The position numbers were made by a program, and so were the translations under genes. Below are positions 49,349 to 58,963 of a DNA stretch of 64,000 nt, in pieces. How positions within the stretch are numbered: the first letter of the stretch is position 1; every line of letters starts with the position of its first letter. Location: positions 1 to 64,000 of the forward strand of contig CAXGUD010000003.1 of assembly GCA_964012805.1 (NCBI GenBank). Direction: 5' to 3'. This DNA comes from an uncultured Bacteriovoracaceae bacterium (GTDB lineage Bacteria > Bdellovibrionota > Bacteriovoracia > Bacteriovoracales > Bacteriovoracaceae). Under the pieces are notes generated by a model, which worked only from the letters and a program-made list of their open reading frames with translations, had not been told where the DNA came from and did no database searches.

Positions 49349-51052
49349 ATGAAAAGATATCTTGTCACTTCGGCCCTTCCTTACGCTAATGGACCCATTC
49401 ACTTTGGACATCTAGTAGGTGCGTATATTCCTGCTGACGTATACACGAGACACAAAAAAATGCAGGGAGAGAATGCTATCCACATATCGGGTTCAGATGA
49501 GCATGGAGTGGCCATCATCATGGGTGCCCAAAAGGCCAAAAAGTCCTGCCAAGATTATGTGAATGATTGGCATAAGGAGCATAAAAAGCTTTTTGACCTT
49601 TTTGACATTCAATTTGATTACTTTGGACAAACATCTGCGGAATATCATCACGAAGAAGTTCTAAAATGGTTTGAAGCTTTAAATGAAAAAGGTCTCATTG
49701 GGCCTAAAGACACGCAACAACTTTTTTGCAAGAGCTGTGAAAATCACCTTCCAGATCGCTTTGTTGAAGGTGAATGCTATGAGTGTGGTTATAAGCACGC
49801 TAGGGGAGATGAGTGCCCTAATTGTGGAATTCTTATTGATCCAACGAAGCTTATAAATCCTGTTTGTAAAATTTGTGGGGCCCAAAATTCTGAAGAAGTC
49901 ACCGTAACACAATGGTATTTACTTCAATCTAAATTTCATGATCATTTTAAAGACTGGTTGAAGACCAAAAAAGATATTTGGCGTAAAACAGTCTACCCTT
50001 TTGTTGAAGCTTTAACTGAGAAAGGCCTTCACGATAGGGCCATAACAAGGGATTTGGATTGGGGGATTGATGTTCCTCTTGCCGAAGCTAGAGGTAAGAA
50101 GCTCTACGTTTGGTTTGATGCTCCTATTGGTTATGTAAGTAACACAAAACAATTGTTTAAAGAAACAGGCAGCAAAGAAGATTACTTAAAAGATTGGTGG
50201 AATAACCCAGATACAGAAATCATCCATTTTGTAGGAAAGGATAATATTATTTTTCACACTGTTATTTTTCCTGTTATGGGTATGGGATCTGGAAGAATTA
50301 ATCCCCCAAGTGATGTTCCAGCAAATCAATTCCTTAATTTAGAAGGAAAACAATTCTCAAAGTCGAGTGGCTGGTATGTTGATATTGAAGAAGCTTTTAA
50401 AAACTTTGGTGTCGATTCATTAAGGTATTACCTTCTCTCAATTTTACCGGAGACAAGCGATTCAAGCTTTGCTTGGAAAGAGTTTGGGCTAAAAGTTAAC
50501 GGTGAATTGGCCAATAATATCGGAAACCTCGTTAACCGCTGTCTTAAATTTTGGAAAAAGAATTGGAGTGATGGTCTTGATGCAAGGTTTTTTGAAGGTT
50601 TCTCGGAGTCTGATCATGGAAAGGCATTTAAGGAAGCTTTAGCTAAACTCAACGAATGCCTTGATAAAAAGCAGATAAGGAAAGGCCTAGAGCAGTTGAT
50701 GAGTATGGGGCAAATGGCCAATACTTTCTTTAGCGATCAGGAGCCTTGGGCCCAATTCAAGACTGAGCCTGAAAAAGCGGCCAAGACAATAGCTCAATCG
50801 GGGATTCAAATACTTATTTTAGGAGTTCTTTTTAGTCCTTTTCTTCCAACCCTGAGCGGAAAAATACTCTCTTTTTTCGATTTGTCCCTGGAAGATCAAA
50901 TTAAGCAGAAAATTTACCGAGGAGACTGGAGTGTCCTTGATCAGCTCTTTAAAGAGGGTGGAGTACTTAAGGGAAAACCAAAGGCCCTTGTTCCTAAGAT
51001 TGAGGATGAGGTAATTCAGAAATTGACTGACGAACTTCACCAGGGAAAGTAA
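49349..51052 (+). CDS. metG: Methionyl-tRNA synthetase (short form)
   Basis: SALPYANG.IHFGH, four CxxC, YVWFDA, GKDN, QFSKS. Confidence 0.96.
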   Translation: MKRYLVTSALPYANGPIHFGHLVGAYIPADVYTRHKKMQGENAIHISGSDEHGVAIIMGAQKAKKSCQDYVNDWHKEHKKLFDLFDIQFDYFGQTSAEYHHEEVLKWFEALNEKGLIGPKDTQQLFCKSCENHLPDRFVEGECYECGYKHARGDECPNCGILIDPTKLINPVCKICGAQNSEEVTVTQWYLLQSKFHDHFKDWLKTKKDIWRKTVYPFVEALTEKGLHDRAITRDLDWGIDVPLAEARGKKLYVWFDAPIGYVSNTKQLFKETGSKEDYLKDWWNNPDTEIIHFVGKDNIIFHTVIFPVMGMGSGRINPPSDVPANQFLNLEGKQFSKSSGWYVDIEEAFKNFGVDSLRYYLLSILPETSDSSFAWKEFGLKVNGELANNIGNLVNRCLKFWKKNWSDGLDARFFEGFSESDHGKAFKEALAKLNECLDKKQIRKGLEQLMSMGQMANTFFSDQEPWAQFKTEPEKAAKTIAQSGIQILILGVLFSPFLPTLSGKILSFFDLSLEDQIKQKIYRGDWSVLDQLFKEGGVLKGKPKALVPKIEDEVIQKLTDELHQGK

Positions 51053-51100
51053 GGAGCACTGATTTATAACCTCCTGCTTTTAATAGTCGGGAGGGTTCAA

Positions 51101-51571
51101 ATGAAATCAATAAAGGCCCTTTTTATCTTCACTCTTATATGGAGTAGTGTTGTTTATTTCAATTTAAAAAAAAGCACTCTTGGCTCTGTTAAGAATCCAA
51201 TTAAAGTTTGGGTATTGGCTGATAAAGAGAAAGCTGTCTATTTTCGAGCAAAAGAACTCGTTAAGGGTTTAAGGGAAGAGACAGGCTTTAACTATGAATG
51301 GAAGGTTGTTTTCTCAGAACAAGAAGCTAATGAGTCGTTGAGCTTGTCCAAAATCGATGTTCTTTTACACTTAGAAAATTCCGAATTAAAAGCAAAAAAA
51401 CCGCGAGAAGTTTCCAAAGAAGCTAAGGCAAGTGAAGCCGATGGTTCCTCGTTGAGAAACCCAGCAAGCTTTCAAAAACAAGGGTTTAAAAAATCTGTCA
51501 AAGCCGTCCAGTTTCGAAAAGCCCTCCCAAAAAGAATCAATTACAGTATTTTGAAAGGGCTTAGAAAGTAA
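51101..51571 (+). CDS. Hypothetical protein resembling a partial PhnD-type SBP
   Basis: LGSVKNPIKV..LREETG..KIDV and FRKALP segments; N-terminal TM or signal. Confidence 0.45.
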   Translation: MKSIKALFIFTLIWSSVVYFNLKKSTLGSVKNPIKVWVLADKEKAVYFRAKELVKGLREETGFNYEWKVVFSEQEANESLSLSKIDVLLHLENSELKAKKPREVSKEAKASEADGSSLRNPASFQKQGFKKSVKAVQFRKALPKRINYSILKGLRK

Positions 51572-51588
51572 GAAATTGCTTTAGAGAA

Positions 51589-52581
51589 TTAAGGTTCAGT
51601 TACTTTTGACTGAATTACTTTTTGGAAGATCGTTCCAAAAATAGAGTGACCTTCATGATCTTTCATTTCAATTCTTATTGTATCGCCAGGTTTCATGAAA
51701 GGAGTTTTTATTTCACCTTCATTAATTTTTTCAAGCATTCTTTTTTCGGCTAAACAGGAGCTCCCTTTCTTCTCATCCTCATTGGAGACCGTTCCGCTTC
51801 CAATAATCGTTCCAGCGCTAAGGTTCCGTGTTCTAGCCGCATGCTCTATAAGTTGATGAAAAGAGAAGTGCATGTCCCCTGAGTCTGGGTTACCAAACCA
51901 TTCTTTGTTATATTCAGAAAGAAGTGGGAGGTGGACTCTTCCTTCTTTCCAGGCATTGCCTAATTCTTTGGGAGTGACAGCAAATGGAGAGAAGGCCGAG
52001 GAAGGTTTACTTTGCATGAATCCAAAGCCCATGGCTAACTCACCTGGGATAAGCCCTCTTAAGCTTACATCATTTACAAGTAGGATGAGTTTGATATATT
52101 GCTCAGCATCTTCTGCCTTCGTGCCCATAGGGACATCGCCAGTTATGACGGCAACTTCTCCTTCAAAGTCAAGCCCATGAGCCGAAGCGACGTGAGGAAT
52201 GTCCTCTCTTGGTGAAAGAAAGGTGTCGCTGCCACCTTGATACATAAGGGGTGTCGTTTTTAAGTTTTGTGGTGGTTCTGCTCCTCTTGCTTTTCTTACG
52301 AGAATGATGTGGCGGATATAAGCCGACCCATCAAGCCACTGATAGGCCCTGGGAAGAGGGGAGTGGAATGATTCTTCATTGACTTCAAAACTTGATGATA
52401 ATGAGCCCTCATTAAGAGCTTGATAGACTTCTTCGAGTTTTGGACAACACTCTTCCCAATTTTCGAGCGCTTGCTGAAGAGTTTGAGCAATATTTTCTAC
52501 TTTCGTTGCCTTTTTGTTGTCTCTACTAACAACAACAAGGTCTCCATCTTTAGATTTATTAATTAATGTTCCTAGTTTCAT
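51589..52581 (-). CDS. Fumarylacetoacetate hydrolase family protein
   Basis: PRAYQWLDGSAY, DFEGE, NDVSLR, QSKP, GSGTVSN. Confidence 0.92.
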   Translation of the reverse strand: MKLGTLINKSKDGDLVVVSRDNKKATKVENIAQTLQQALENWEECCPKLEEVYQALNEGSLSSSFEVNEESFHSPLPRAYQWLDGSAYIRHIILVRKARGAEPPQNLKTTPLMYQGGSDTFLSPREDIPHVASAHGLDFEGEVAVITGDVPMGTKAEDAEQYIKLILLVNDVSLRGLIPGELAMGFGFMQSKPSSAFSPFAVTPKELGNAWKEGRVHLPLLSEYNKEWFGNPDSGDMHFSFHQLIEHAARTRNLSAGTIIGSGTVSNEDEKKGSSCLAEKRMLEKINEGEIKTPFMKPGDTIRIEMKDHEGHSIFGTIFQKVIQSKVTEP

Positions 52582-52681
52582 TTCATTTCACCTCAAAAAG
52601 TTTTTTCTTTTCAAAAGGTCTGGCCTTTAGGTATTCAAATAGTATTGATCAATTTTATAGACCAAACCAAGGGGGAAAGCA

Positions 52682-53335
52682 ATTAAACCCATCCTTTATA
52701 GTTATTTTAGAAGCTCTTGTTCTTATAGAGTGCGGATAGCCCTTCATTATAAGAATATTGATTATGAATACCGACCCATTCACCTAGTAAAGGATGGTGG
52801 GGAGCAGCGCAAAGAGGATTATTTGAGTGTGAACCCAAAGGGAGAGGTTCCTTATTTTATTGATGGGGATCTTAAGCTAAGTCAATCCATGGCCATTTTG
52901 AGCTATATTGATGAAAAGTGGCCTCAAAACCCTCTTTTTCCAGATGATCGTGGTCTAAGGTCTAGGTGCATTCAATTAAGTGAAATTATCAACTCCGGGA
53001 TTCAGCCTTTGCAAAACTTGCGAGTAATGCAGGAAGTTGTTAAGCGCTTCGGCTGTAGTGACCAAGAGAAAAAGAATTGGTCTTCTTTTTGGATTGAAGA
53101 AGGTCTTTCGGTTTTAGAAAGAGAACTTGGTTTATTTAAAGGACCTTTTTCAATGGGTAAGGATTTAACTTGTGTTGACTTGTACTTAATTCCTCAAATA
53201 TATAACGCAAAAAGGTTTGGAATTGACTTGAAAAGGTTTCCTAGATTGGTCGATATAAATGATTCTTGTCTAAAGCTTGACCCATTTATTAAAGCTGACC
53301 CAAAAAATCAGCCTGATTCGCCCTCGGATCTATAG
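52682..53335 (+). CDS. maiA: Maleylacetoacetate isomerase (GST zeta), probable ATT start
   Basis: LYSYFRSSCSYRVRIAL lies upstream of the track start (52730); SGIQPLQNL; ADP.NQPD. Confidence 0.9.
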   Translation: MKPILYSYFRSSCSYRVRIALHYKNIDYEYRPIHLVKDGGEQRKEDYLSVNPKGEVPYFIDGDLKLSQSMAILSYIDEKWPQNPLFPDDRGLRSRCIQLSEIINSGIQPLQNLRVMQEVVKRFGCSDQEKKNWSSFWIEEGLSVLERELGLFKGPFSMGKDLTCVDLYLIPQIYNAKRFGIDLKRFPRLVDINDSCLKLDPFIKADPKNQPDSPSDL

Positions 53336-53346
53336 GTTTTTGGCTT

Positions 53347-53760
53347 TTACATTGAGTCTTTAATAACCTTATTCCAGTATTGGAAGTGGTTCCTCACTTT
53401 GGAAAGAGCTTCTTGTATTTGTTCGTCTTGAAATGGCTTATTTAGGAAGTACTCTACACCGGCATTGAAACATTTTTCAAGAGTTTCTTTTGAGGTATCT
53501 CCAGAAAGAGCAATAACTTGAATACCTTTATTGAGGTAGCTGCAATATTCGAAAATATCAATCCCTAACTCTTCTCCTAAGTGAATATCAGTAATAACAG
53601 CTTCGATTGGGTTTTCAAAAATAAAGTCTGTCGCATCTTGAAGATTTGTAAAGGTAAACATTTCAATATCGAAATCGCATAGATCTGGTATTTTTATTTC
53701 AAGTGTTTCAAGAATATCTTCTTGATCATCAACCAACACAAGTTTCAGCTTATCGTCCAT
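53347..53760 (-). CDS. Single-domain response regulator
   Basis: LVDDQ, ITDIHL, ALSG, LNKPF. Confidence 0.88.
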   Translation of the reverse strand: MDDKLKLVLVDDQEDILETLEIKIPDLCDFDIEMFTFTNLQDATDFIFENPIEAVITDIHLGEELGIDIFEYCSYLNKGIQVIALSGDTSKETLEKCFNAGVEYFLNKPFQDEQIQEALSKVRNHFQYWNKVIKDSM

Positions 53761-53801
53761 GTTTTTATCTCCTTCTTCTCATTTTTTTATTTTTTCAAAT
53801 T

Positions 53802-55160
53802 TTACTCATCACCTTGCTTAGAAACGGCTTCGTAAACTCTTAAAAGATTGCCAGATTTATATGCATCTTTTTTCTCTAGAATAAAGTCTTTGATCGTCCA
53901 CTTTTTATTGAAAAAAATATAATCGGAAAGATCGTGAGAAATAATAAATATTGATGAGAATAAAGAAGGCTCACCGGCAGAACCGCCTAAGGTAACACCA
54001 TCATGAATGTTATGGTGTTGTTTAATTATGGTGTCTACATCGAGGGGAACACCTTGGAACTTTATTGAAGCATCTGCTGAGTCTTTATGATGATTTAAAA
54101 TTAACTTTTTTTCATCTTTTGTGAGCGTGTTTTTCATTTTATCAAATTTTGACTTTGTGTTGATTTCGGCAAGTTTTGTATTTTTTGCAAGAGTAAGATC
54201 ATGAAGGTAAGCACTAAAAATAAATTTTCTGAAGGTTTGGGGGTTTCCGACACCGAGTTCTTTTGCAATTCCACAGGCTATTCGGCCAGTTAGTTCAATA
54301 TGGCTAGAATAATAGTCAGCTTGGTTTTTATTTAATTTAAATATTTTTATAAACTTAGAAAATTTTGGAATTTGTTCAACTGTTTTCAAAACATCATCTA
54401 TATTTCCTTCGACGGTTTTGAGCTCTTCATCATTGAGAGGCATAATTTTTTGTATTTTTTCTAGCTTTTTTTTCATTTGATCAGGTGTTACAAAATTTAG
54501 TATTTGCTTGTTTTGAATAGCTTTTGTAACAGCATCTTCATTTTTGAGGATAATCTTTATAATATCTTGTGCATTTTCCCTTTCAAGAAAAAGGTATTTA
54601 ACCTGCCTTTTATTTAATTTGTGTATATCTTCTTCCGTAATAGTGTCTTCTTTCCTAAACATTTTTAAGTATCGGCCACTGACAAGCTTTATGAATAAGT
54701 GACCACCTAAATTTCTAAAATGGAGAAGAAGCAAAAGGGGAATTGCCAAATATTCATTTTTATTGGCACTTACTTCTTTTTCAAAATATTGCTCGATGGC
54801 TTTTTGAAAGTTATTGATATACTTTTCAGATTCACCAGAATATTTTTCCAAGCCACCAAATTCTTTATAAAGCTGAGGATCTTTTGAAATTCTAGGAACA
54901 AAATCATTGGTAAAAATGAGGAACTTTTTTCTTATACATTCAAATACAAGCTTTATACAGTTGTCTTTAAAACCCAAAAAATCTATAACAACTAATTTCA
55001 ATTTAGTACTGTCTTTTAAAATTTTCTCTGCATTTCCAACACTTGATACCGTTATACACTGAAAACCCGTCATATAATTAATGAGGATAGAGTATAACTC
55101 GCCCATCAAGTTATCTTGAAAAAAGATAAGTACTTCAAAATCTTGATTCTTTTTGTCCAT
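53802..55160 (-). CDS. Receiver-like + HD-GYP-like (GYP-less) protein
   Basis: H...AYLHDL, QHH then no GYP; N-terminal alpha/beta domain (LVVIDF). Confidence 0.65.
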   Translation of the reverse strand: MDKKNQDFEVLIFFQDNLMGELYSILINYMTGFQCITVSSVGNAEKILKDSTKLKLVVIDFLGFKDNCIKLVFECIRKKFLIFTNDFVPRISKDPQLYKEFGGLEKYSGESEKYINNFQKAIEQYFEKEVSANKNEYLAIPLLLLLHFRNLGGHLFIKLVSGRYLKMFRKEDTITEEDIHKLNKRQVKYLFLERENAQDIIKIILKNEDAVTKAIQNKQILNFVTPDQMKKKLEKIQKIMPLNDEELKTVEGNIDDVLKTVEQIPKFSKFIKIFKLNKNQADYYSSHIELTGRIACGIAKELGVGNPQTFRKFIFSAYLHDLTLAKNTKLAEINTKSKFDKMKNTLTKDEKKLILNHHKDSADASIKFQGVPLDVDTIIKQHHNIHDGVTLGGSAGEPSLFSSIFIISHDLSDYIFFNKKWTIKDFILEKKDAYKSGNLLRVYEAVSKQGDE

Positions 55161-55232
55161 GTCCCCACCGTAAAGAACAGTACTTTCCTCTCGTCATTTT
55201 AGTCTATTATCTTGAGGGGGAAGAATGGTAAG

Positions 55233-55943
55233 TTACCAGCTCCATCCGAGCTCGGCAAAAGTGGAGTAAAAGTATCGGTATTTGTTTTGGTCACTCATTT
55301 TGTCTTCAATTGATGTGAGAGTAAATCTTATAAATGATCCTTTTCTAAAATAAAAAGGAAGAGAGTACGGAAGGTTATCTTCTGGAGTTAGAAATAGAAC
55401 GGCTCCAGCAGAGTATTCTTGTTGTTTTCTATAATCTAGGTCTGTTTGGAAGGGGTAACGTAAAAATAAATTTATGTGCTTATTTAATTTTGAAAAGAAA
55501 ACTTCAATTGAGTACTTTACTCCATATAAATCGTCGTATCCAAACTTGTCTGAATTTTTATATTTTATTTGCATTCTAGAGTGAAAGTAGTGTGCCGAAA
55601 GGATAAACATCAAGGGGGTTGCTGGAATTTCCCATCTTAGTGTGCTTTCATAATGACCCATTAAGGCTTCGTACCCTTTTTTACTTGTCATGGTAACTGG
55701 GCCCATAAGTCTTACTTCGTTAGTTAAGTAAAGCCAGTTTGGCAAAAGCATTGCTTTCAAGCCAAGTTTTAAAGAACCTGTATTTTCTTTAAAACTTAAG
55801 TTTAAAGAGCTAGTATTTTCTTTGTAACTTAAACTATGGTATCCCAAAGCAAATTCCCAAAGAAAAGTGTCACCTCCAAAAGATCCCTTTTGGAAGCTAA
55901 GGGTTAAAAAGGCTGCTAATAAAGTATATTTTAGTTTTCTCAT
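55233..55943 (-). CDS. Putative outer-membrane beta-barrel protein
   Basis: Signal peptide; alternating strands; C-terminal AELGWSW. Confidence 0.6.
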   Translation of the reverse strand: MRKLKYTLLAAFLTLSFQKGSFGGDTFLWEFALGYHSLSYKENTSSLNLSFKENTGSLKLGLKAMLLPNWLYLTNEVRLMGPVTMTSKKGYEALMGHYESTLRWEIPATPLMFILSAHYFHSRMQIKYKNSDKFGYDDLYGVKYSIEVFFSKLNKHINLFLRYPFQTDLDYRKQQEYSAGAVLFLTPEDNLPYSLPFYFRKGSFIRFTLTSIEDKMSDQNKYRYFYSTFAELGWSW

Positions 55944-56007
55944 GATTATGATTATAGTCTCTACAAAAGAGTTAATGTAGGGGAGTAAAAAATGATGCGG
56001 AGTGGCT

Positions 56008-56448
56008 ATGAGGGTCGTTGTTCAGAGAGTAACAGGTGCTAATGTAAGAGTTGGTGATGAATTAGTGGGGGAAATTGGCCCTGGTTTAGTCCTCCTCGTT
56101 TGCTTTGAAAAGAGAGACTTACCCGATATTTTGGAAAAAGCTTCAAAGAAAGTTCTAAATTTAAGGTGTTTTGAAGACCCGGATACCAAAAAAATGGGAA
56201 AGAGTGTTTCTGATATTGAAGGCGGTTCTTTGTTGGCAATAAGTCAGTTTACACTTTCCTGGAGAGGAGGAAAAGGTAATCGACCCGGTTTTGATAATTC
56301 GATGGAACCAGCAAAAGCAAATGAAATGTTTGAAGATTTCTGTTCAATTTTGAAAAAAACTGTCCAGGTTGAAAAAGGTGTTTTTGGAGAGTTTATGGAC
56401 GTTTCAATAAAGAATCATGGGCCTGTGACATTTTGTCTTGATTTTTAA
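56008..56448 (+). CDS. dtd: D-aminoacyl-tRNA deacylase
   Basis: MRVVVQRV, SQFTL, NHGPVT. Confidence 0.93.
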   Translation: MRVVVQRVTGANVRVGDELVGEIGPGLVLLVCFEKRDLPDILEKASKKVLNLRCFEDPDTKKMGKSVSDIEGGSLLAISQFTLSWRGGKGNRPGFDNSMEPAKANEMFEDFCSILKKTVQVEKGVFGEFMDVSIKNHGPVTFCLDF

Positions 56449-56652
56449 AATATTCGCCAACATTGTTGATTTCTTTTACAACAGAAGATAACTTTCCACA
56501 CCACTAGTGTCTCTGATGATAAGTTGGCGGCGCAGATTCTCTTAAGACCTCTTTAAAAGCCTTTTAAAAGGAGTTTAAAGCTCCTATGTTAGGTTTCACC
56601 AAGACCTTGTTTCAATTTCGAAGGTTTTTAATAAAGGTAAAGGAGGAAACCT

Positions 56653-57255
56653 ATGAAAAGTTCACTAAAAATGTTTTTAATTTTAGCTGCTGCTATGATT
56701 TTAGGGCAAGCTCAAGCTGACGATATTCAGTTGGGTCACCCAGGTTATGGTGGTAATGGTTGTCCAAGTGGGAGTGCTTCTGTAACTCTTAGCCCTGATA
56801 ATAAGGCCCTATCAATTCTTTTTGATGAATTTCAGGTTGAAGCAGGTGGTTTTTCTGGAAGAAGAGTTGCACGTAAATCTTGTAATATTGCAATTCCCGT
56901 TCACGTTCCTCAGGGAATGAGTGTCTCTATTATTGAGGCTGACTATAGAGGTTTTAACTCTATTCCACGTGGTGGAATGTCTCGTTTCTCTGCTGAGTAT
57001 TTCTTTGCTGGTAAAAGAGGTCCTAGGTATAGAAAGACTTTTAGAGGTGGTATAGATGACGATTATACACTTTCAAATACTTTGGCCTTAAGTGCTTTGA
57101 CATGGTCTCCATGTGGTCAGTCAGTTAACCTTCGTGTTAACACCAGCATGATGGTGAGGACAAACAGGATGGGAGACGATGCTCTTTCTACAGTTGATAG
57201 TGCTGATTTCAATGCAGGTCTAGTTTATCACCTTAAGTGGAGAAGGTGTCGATAA
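56653..57255 (+). CDS. Secreted DUF4360-like protein
   Basis: Signal peptide; YGGNGCP.GS, RKSC, DYRG, WSPCG, LKWRRC. Confidence 0.8.
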   Translation: MKSSLKMFLILAAAMILGQAQADDIQLGHPGYGGNGCPSGSASVTLSPDNKALSILFDEFQVEAGGFSGRRVARKSCNIAIPVHVPQGMSVSIIEADYRGFNSIPRGGMSRFSAEYFFAGKRGPRYRKTFRGGIDDDYTLSNTLALSALTWSPCGQSVNLRVNTSMMVRTNRMGDDALSTVDSADFNAGLVYHLKWRRCR

Positions 57256-57289
57256 TTGATATTTAGGTCTTGGTTTTGTGTTTAGCGTT

Positions 57290-57323
57290 AAAAGCCCCTT
57301 TCTTTCGGAAGGGGCTTTTTTTT
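57290..57323 (+). terminator. Rho-independent terminator
   Basis: AAAAGCCCCTT...AAGGGGC followed by T8. Confidence 0.9.
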
Positions 57324-57472
57324 GCTAAAAAAATTAATGATTTAGTCTTCTCATAACAATTTCATTTTTCTAAAATTATCTAAGAATAAATTAATCGGAA
57401 TCCTGACCCAACTCCTTTTTGGTAAAAGGAAGTGGTTTTTTGAGGGAGGTTTTATGCTTTTGAGGAGGTATT

Positions 57473-58210
57473 ATGATTAGAGTTACTGAACTCTCAAAAT
57501 CATTTGGTGAGATTAAAGCCGTAGACAAAATTTCTTTTGAAGTAAAAGAAGGTGAAGTTTTGGGTTTTTTGGGGCCAAATGGCGCTGGAAAATCAACTAC
57601 TATGAAAATGATCACTAGCTTTATTTCTCCATCTGGAGGAGATGCAACCGTTTTTGGAAAATCTATTCTAAGTGAACCTATTGAGGTGAGAAAAAAAATA
57701 GGATATATGCCAGAAAATGCACCTCTTTATGATGATATGACTGTCGATGAGTTTCTTCATTATACCGCTCAATTGAGAGGTCTTGAAAAAAAGGGTCAAG
57801 TGAAGGCAGTGGAAAAAGTCATAGAAATGTGTGCTTTGAAAGATGTTCAATTTCAAACGATAGAAACTCTTTCTAAAGGTTACAAAAGAAGAACTTCTAT
57901 GGCCCAAGCTCTTATTCATGACCCACAAGTGTTAATTTTGGATGAACCAACTGATGGATTAGACCCAAATCAAAAGCACGACGTAAGGACTTTGATTAAA
58001 TCGCTGGCAAAAGATAAATGTGTCATTCTCTCGACTCATATTCTTGAAGAAGTGGAAGCGGTTTGTACAAGGGCCATTATAATTTCATCTGGGAAAAAAC
58101 TTTTTGATGGAGAAGCATCAGAACTAAAAGAAAAATCATCTTTAGGAAGAATTGATGATGTTTTTAGGGCCATAACGACAGGCCAAGAAGTGCAAGGAGT
58201 TTCATTATGA
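57473..58210 (+). CDS. ABC ATPase (GldA-like)
   Basis: GPNGAGKST, LSKGY, ILDEPTDGLDP, STH. Confidence 0.92.
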   Translation: MIRVTELSKSFGEIKAVDKISFEVKEGEVLGFLGPNGAGKSTTMKMITSFISPSGGDATVFGKSILSEPIEVRKKIGYMPENAPLYDDMTVDEFLHYTAQLRGLEKKGQVKAVEKVIEMCALKDVQFQTIETLSKGYKRRTSMAQALIHDPQVLILDEPTDGLDPNQKHDVRTLIKSLAKDKCVILSTHILEEVEAVCTRAIIISSGKKLFDGEASELKEKSSLGRIDDVFRAITTGQEVQGVSL

Positions 58211-58953
58211 TGAGTCATTCAGTAAAAACTATTTTAAAAAAAGAATTAAAGTCCTACTTTACGACTCCCCTTGGATACGTCTTTTCTATAATTTTTCTTT
58301 TTTCCATAGGCTATGTAACATTTGAATCTGGCCGCGGTAGTTTTTTCGTTTTAAGGCAAGCTGATCTAAGTTCTTTTTTTAGATACATTCCCTGGCTTTT
58401 TCTTCTTTTAGTTCCTGCAGTATCAATGAGGTTATGGGCCGAAGAAAGGAAATCTGGTACAATAGAACTTCTTTTAACTCTACCAGTAACAGTAAGAGAA
58501 GCGGTCCTTGGAAAATTCCTGGCATCATGGGCTTTTATAGGTTTTAACCTTCTTTGTACTTTTCCAATCGTTTTAACGGTAGCCTACCTCGGACAACCAG
58601 ATTACCTCGTCATACTTATAGGGTATTTGGGTTCCTTTCTCTTGGGTGGAGCATACCTAGCAATAGGCTGCTTTTTTTCTGCTTTGACAAAAAATCAGGT
58701 CATAAGTTTCATTTGTACCGTTGTCTTTTGTTACCTTTTAACTATGGCAGGCTCACCACCTATTCTTGAATTTCTTTCAACTTTTCTTCATCGTTACTTT
58801 TTAGATCTTTTTGAATCTCTTAGCATGATTCATCATTTTGAAACAATGGGAAGAGGAGTAATGAGGGTAGGCGATTTATGGTTTTTTGCTGTCATAATTC
58901 TTGCTTGGCTTTACGGTTGCGAGGCCATTTTAGATGAGAAAAAAGCTTCTTAA
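58207..58953 (+). CDS. ABC-2 permease (GldF-like)
   Basis: KELKSYF.TP.GY, MRLWAEERKSGTIELLLTLP; multiple TM helices. Confidence 0.9.
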   Translation: MMSHSVKTILKKELKSYFTTPLGYVFSIIFLFSIGYVTFESGRGSFFVLRQADLSSFFRYIPWLFLLLVPAVSMRLWAEERKSGTIELLLTLPVTVREAVLGKFLASWAFIGFNLLCTFPIVLTVAYLGQPDYLVILIGYLGSFLLGGAYLAIGCFFSALTKNQVISFICTVVFCYLLTMAGSPPILEFLSTFLHRYFLDLFESLSMIHHFETMGRGVMRVGDLWFFAVIILAWLYGCEAILDEKKAS

Positions 58954-58963
58954 GGAGAGAAAA

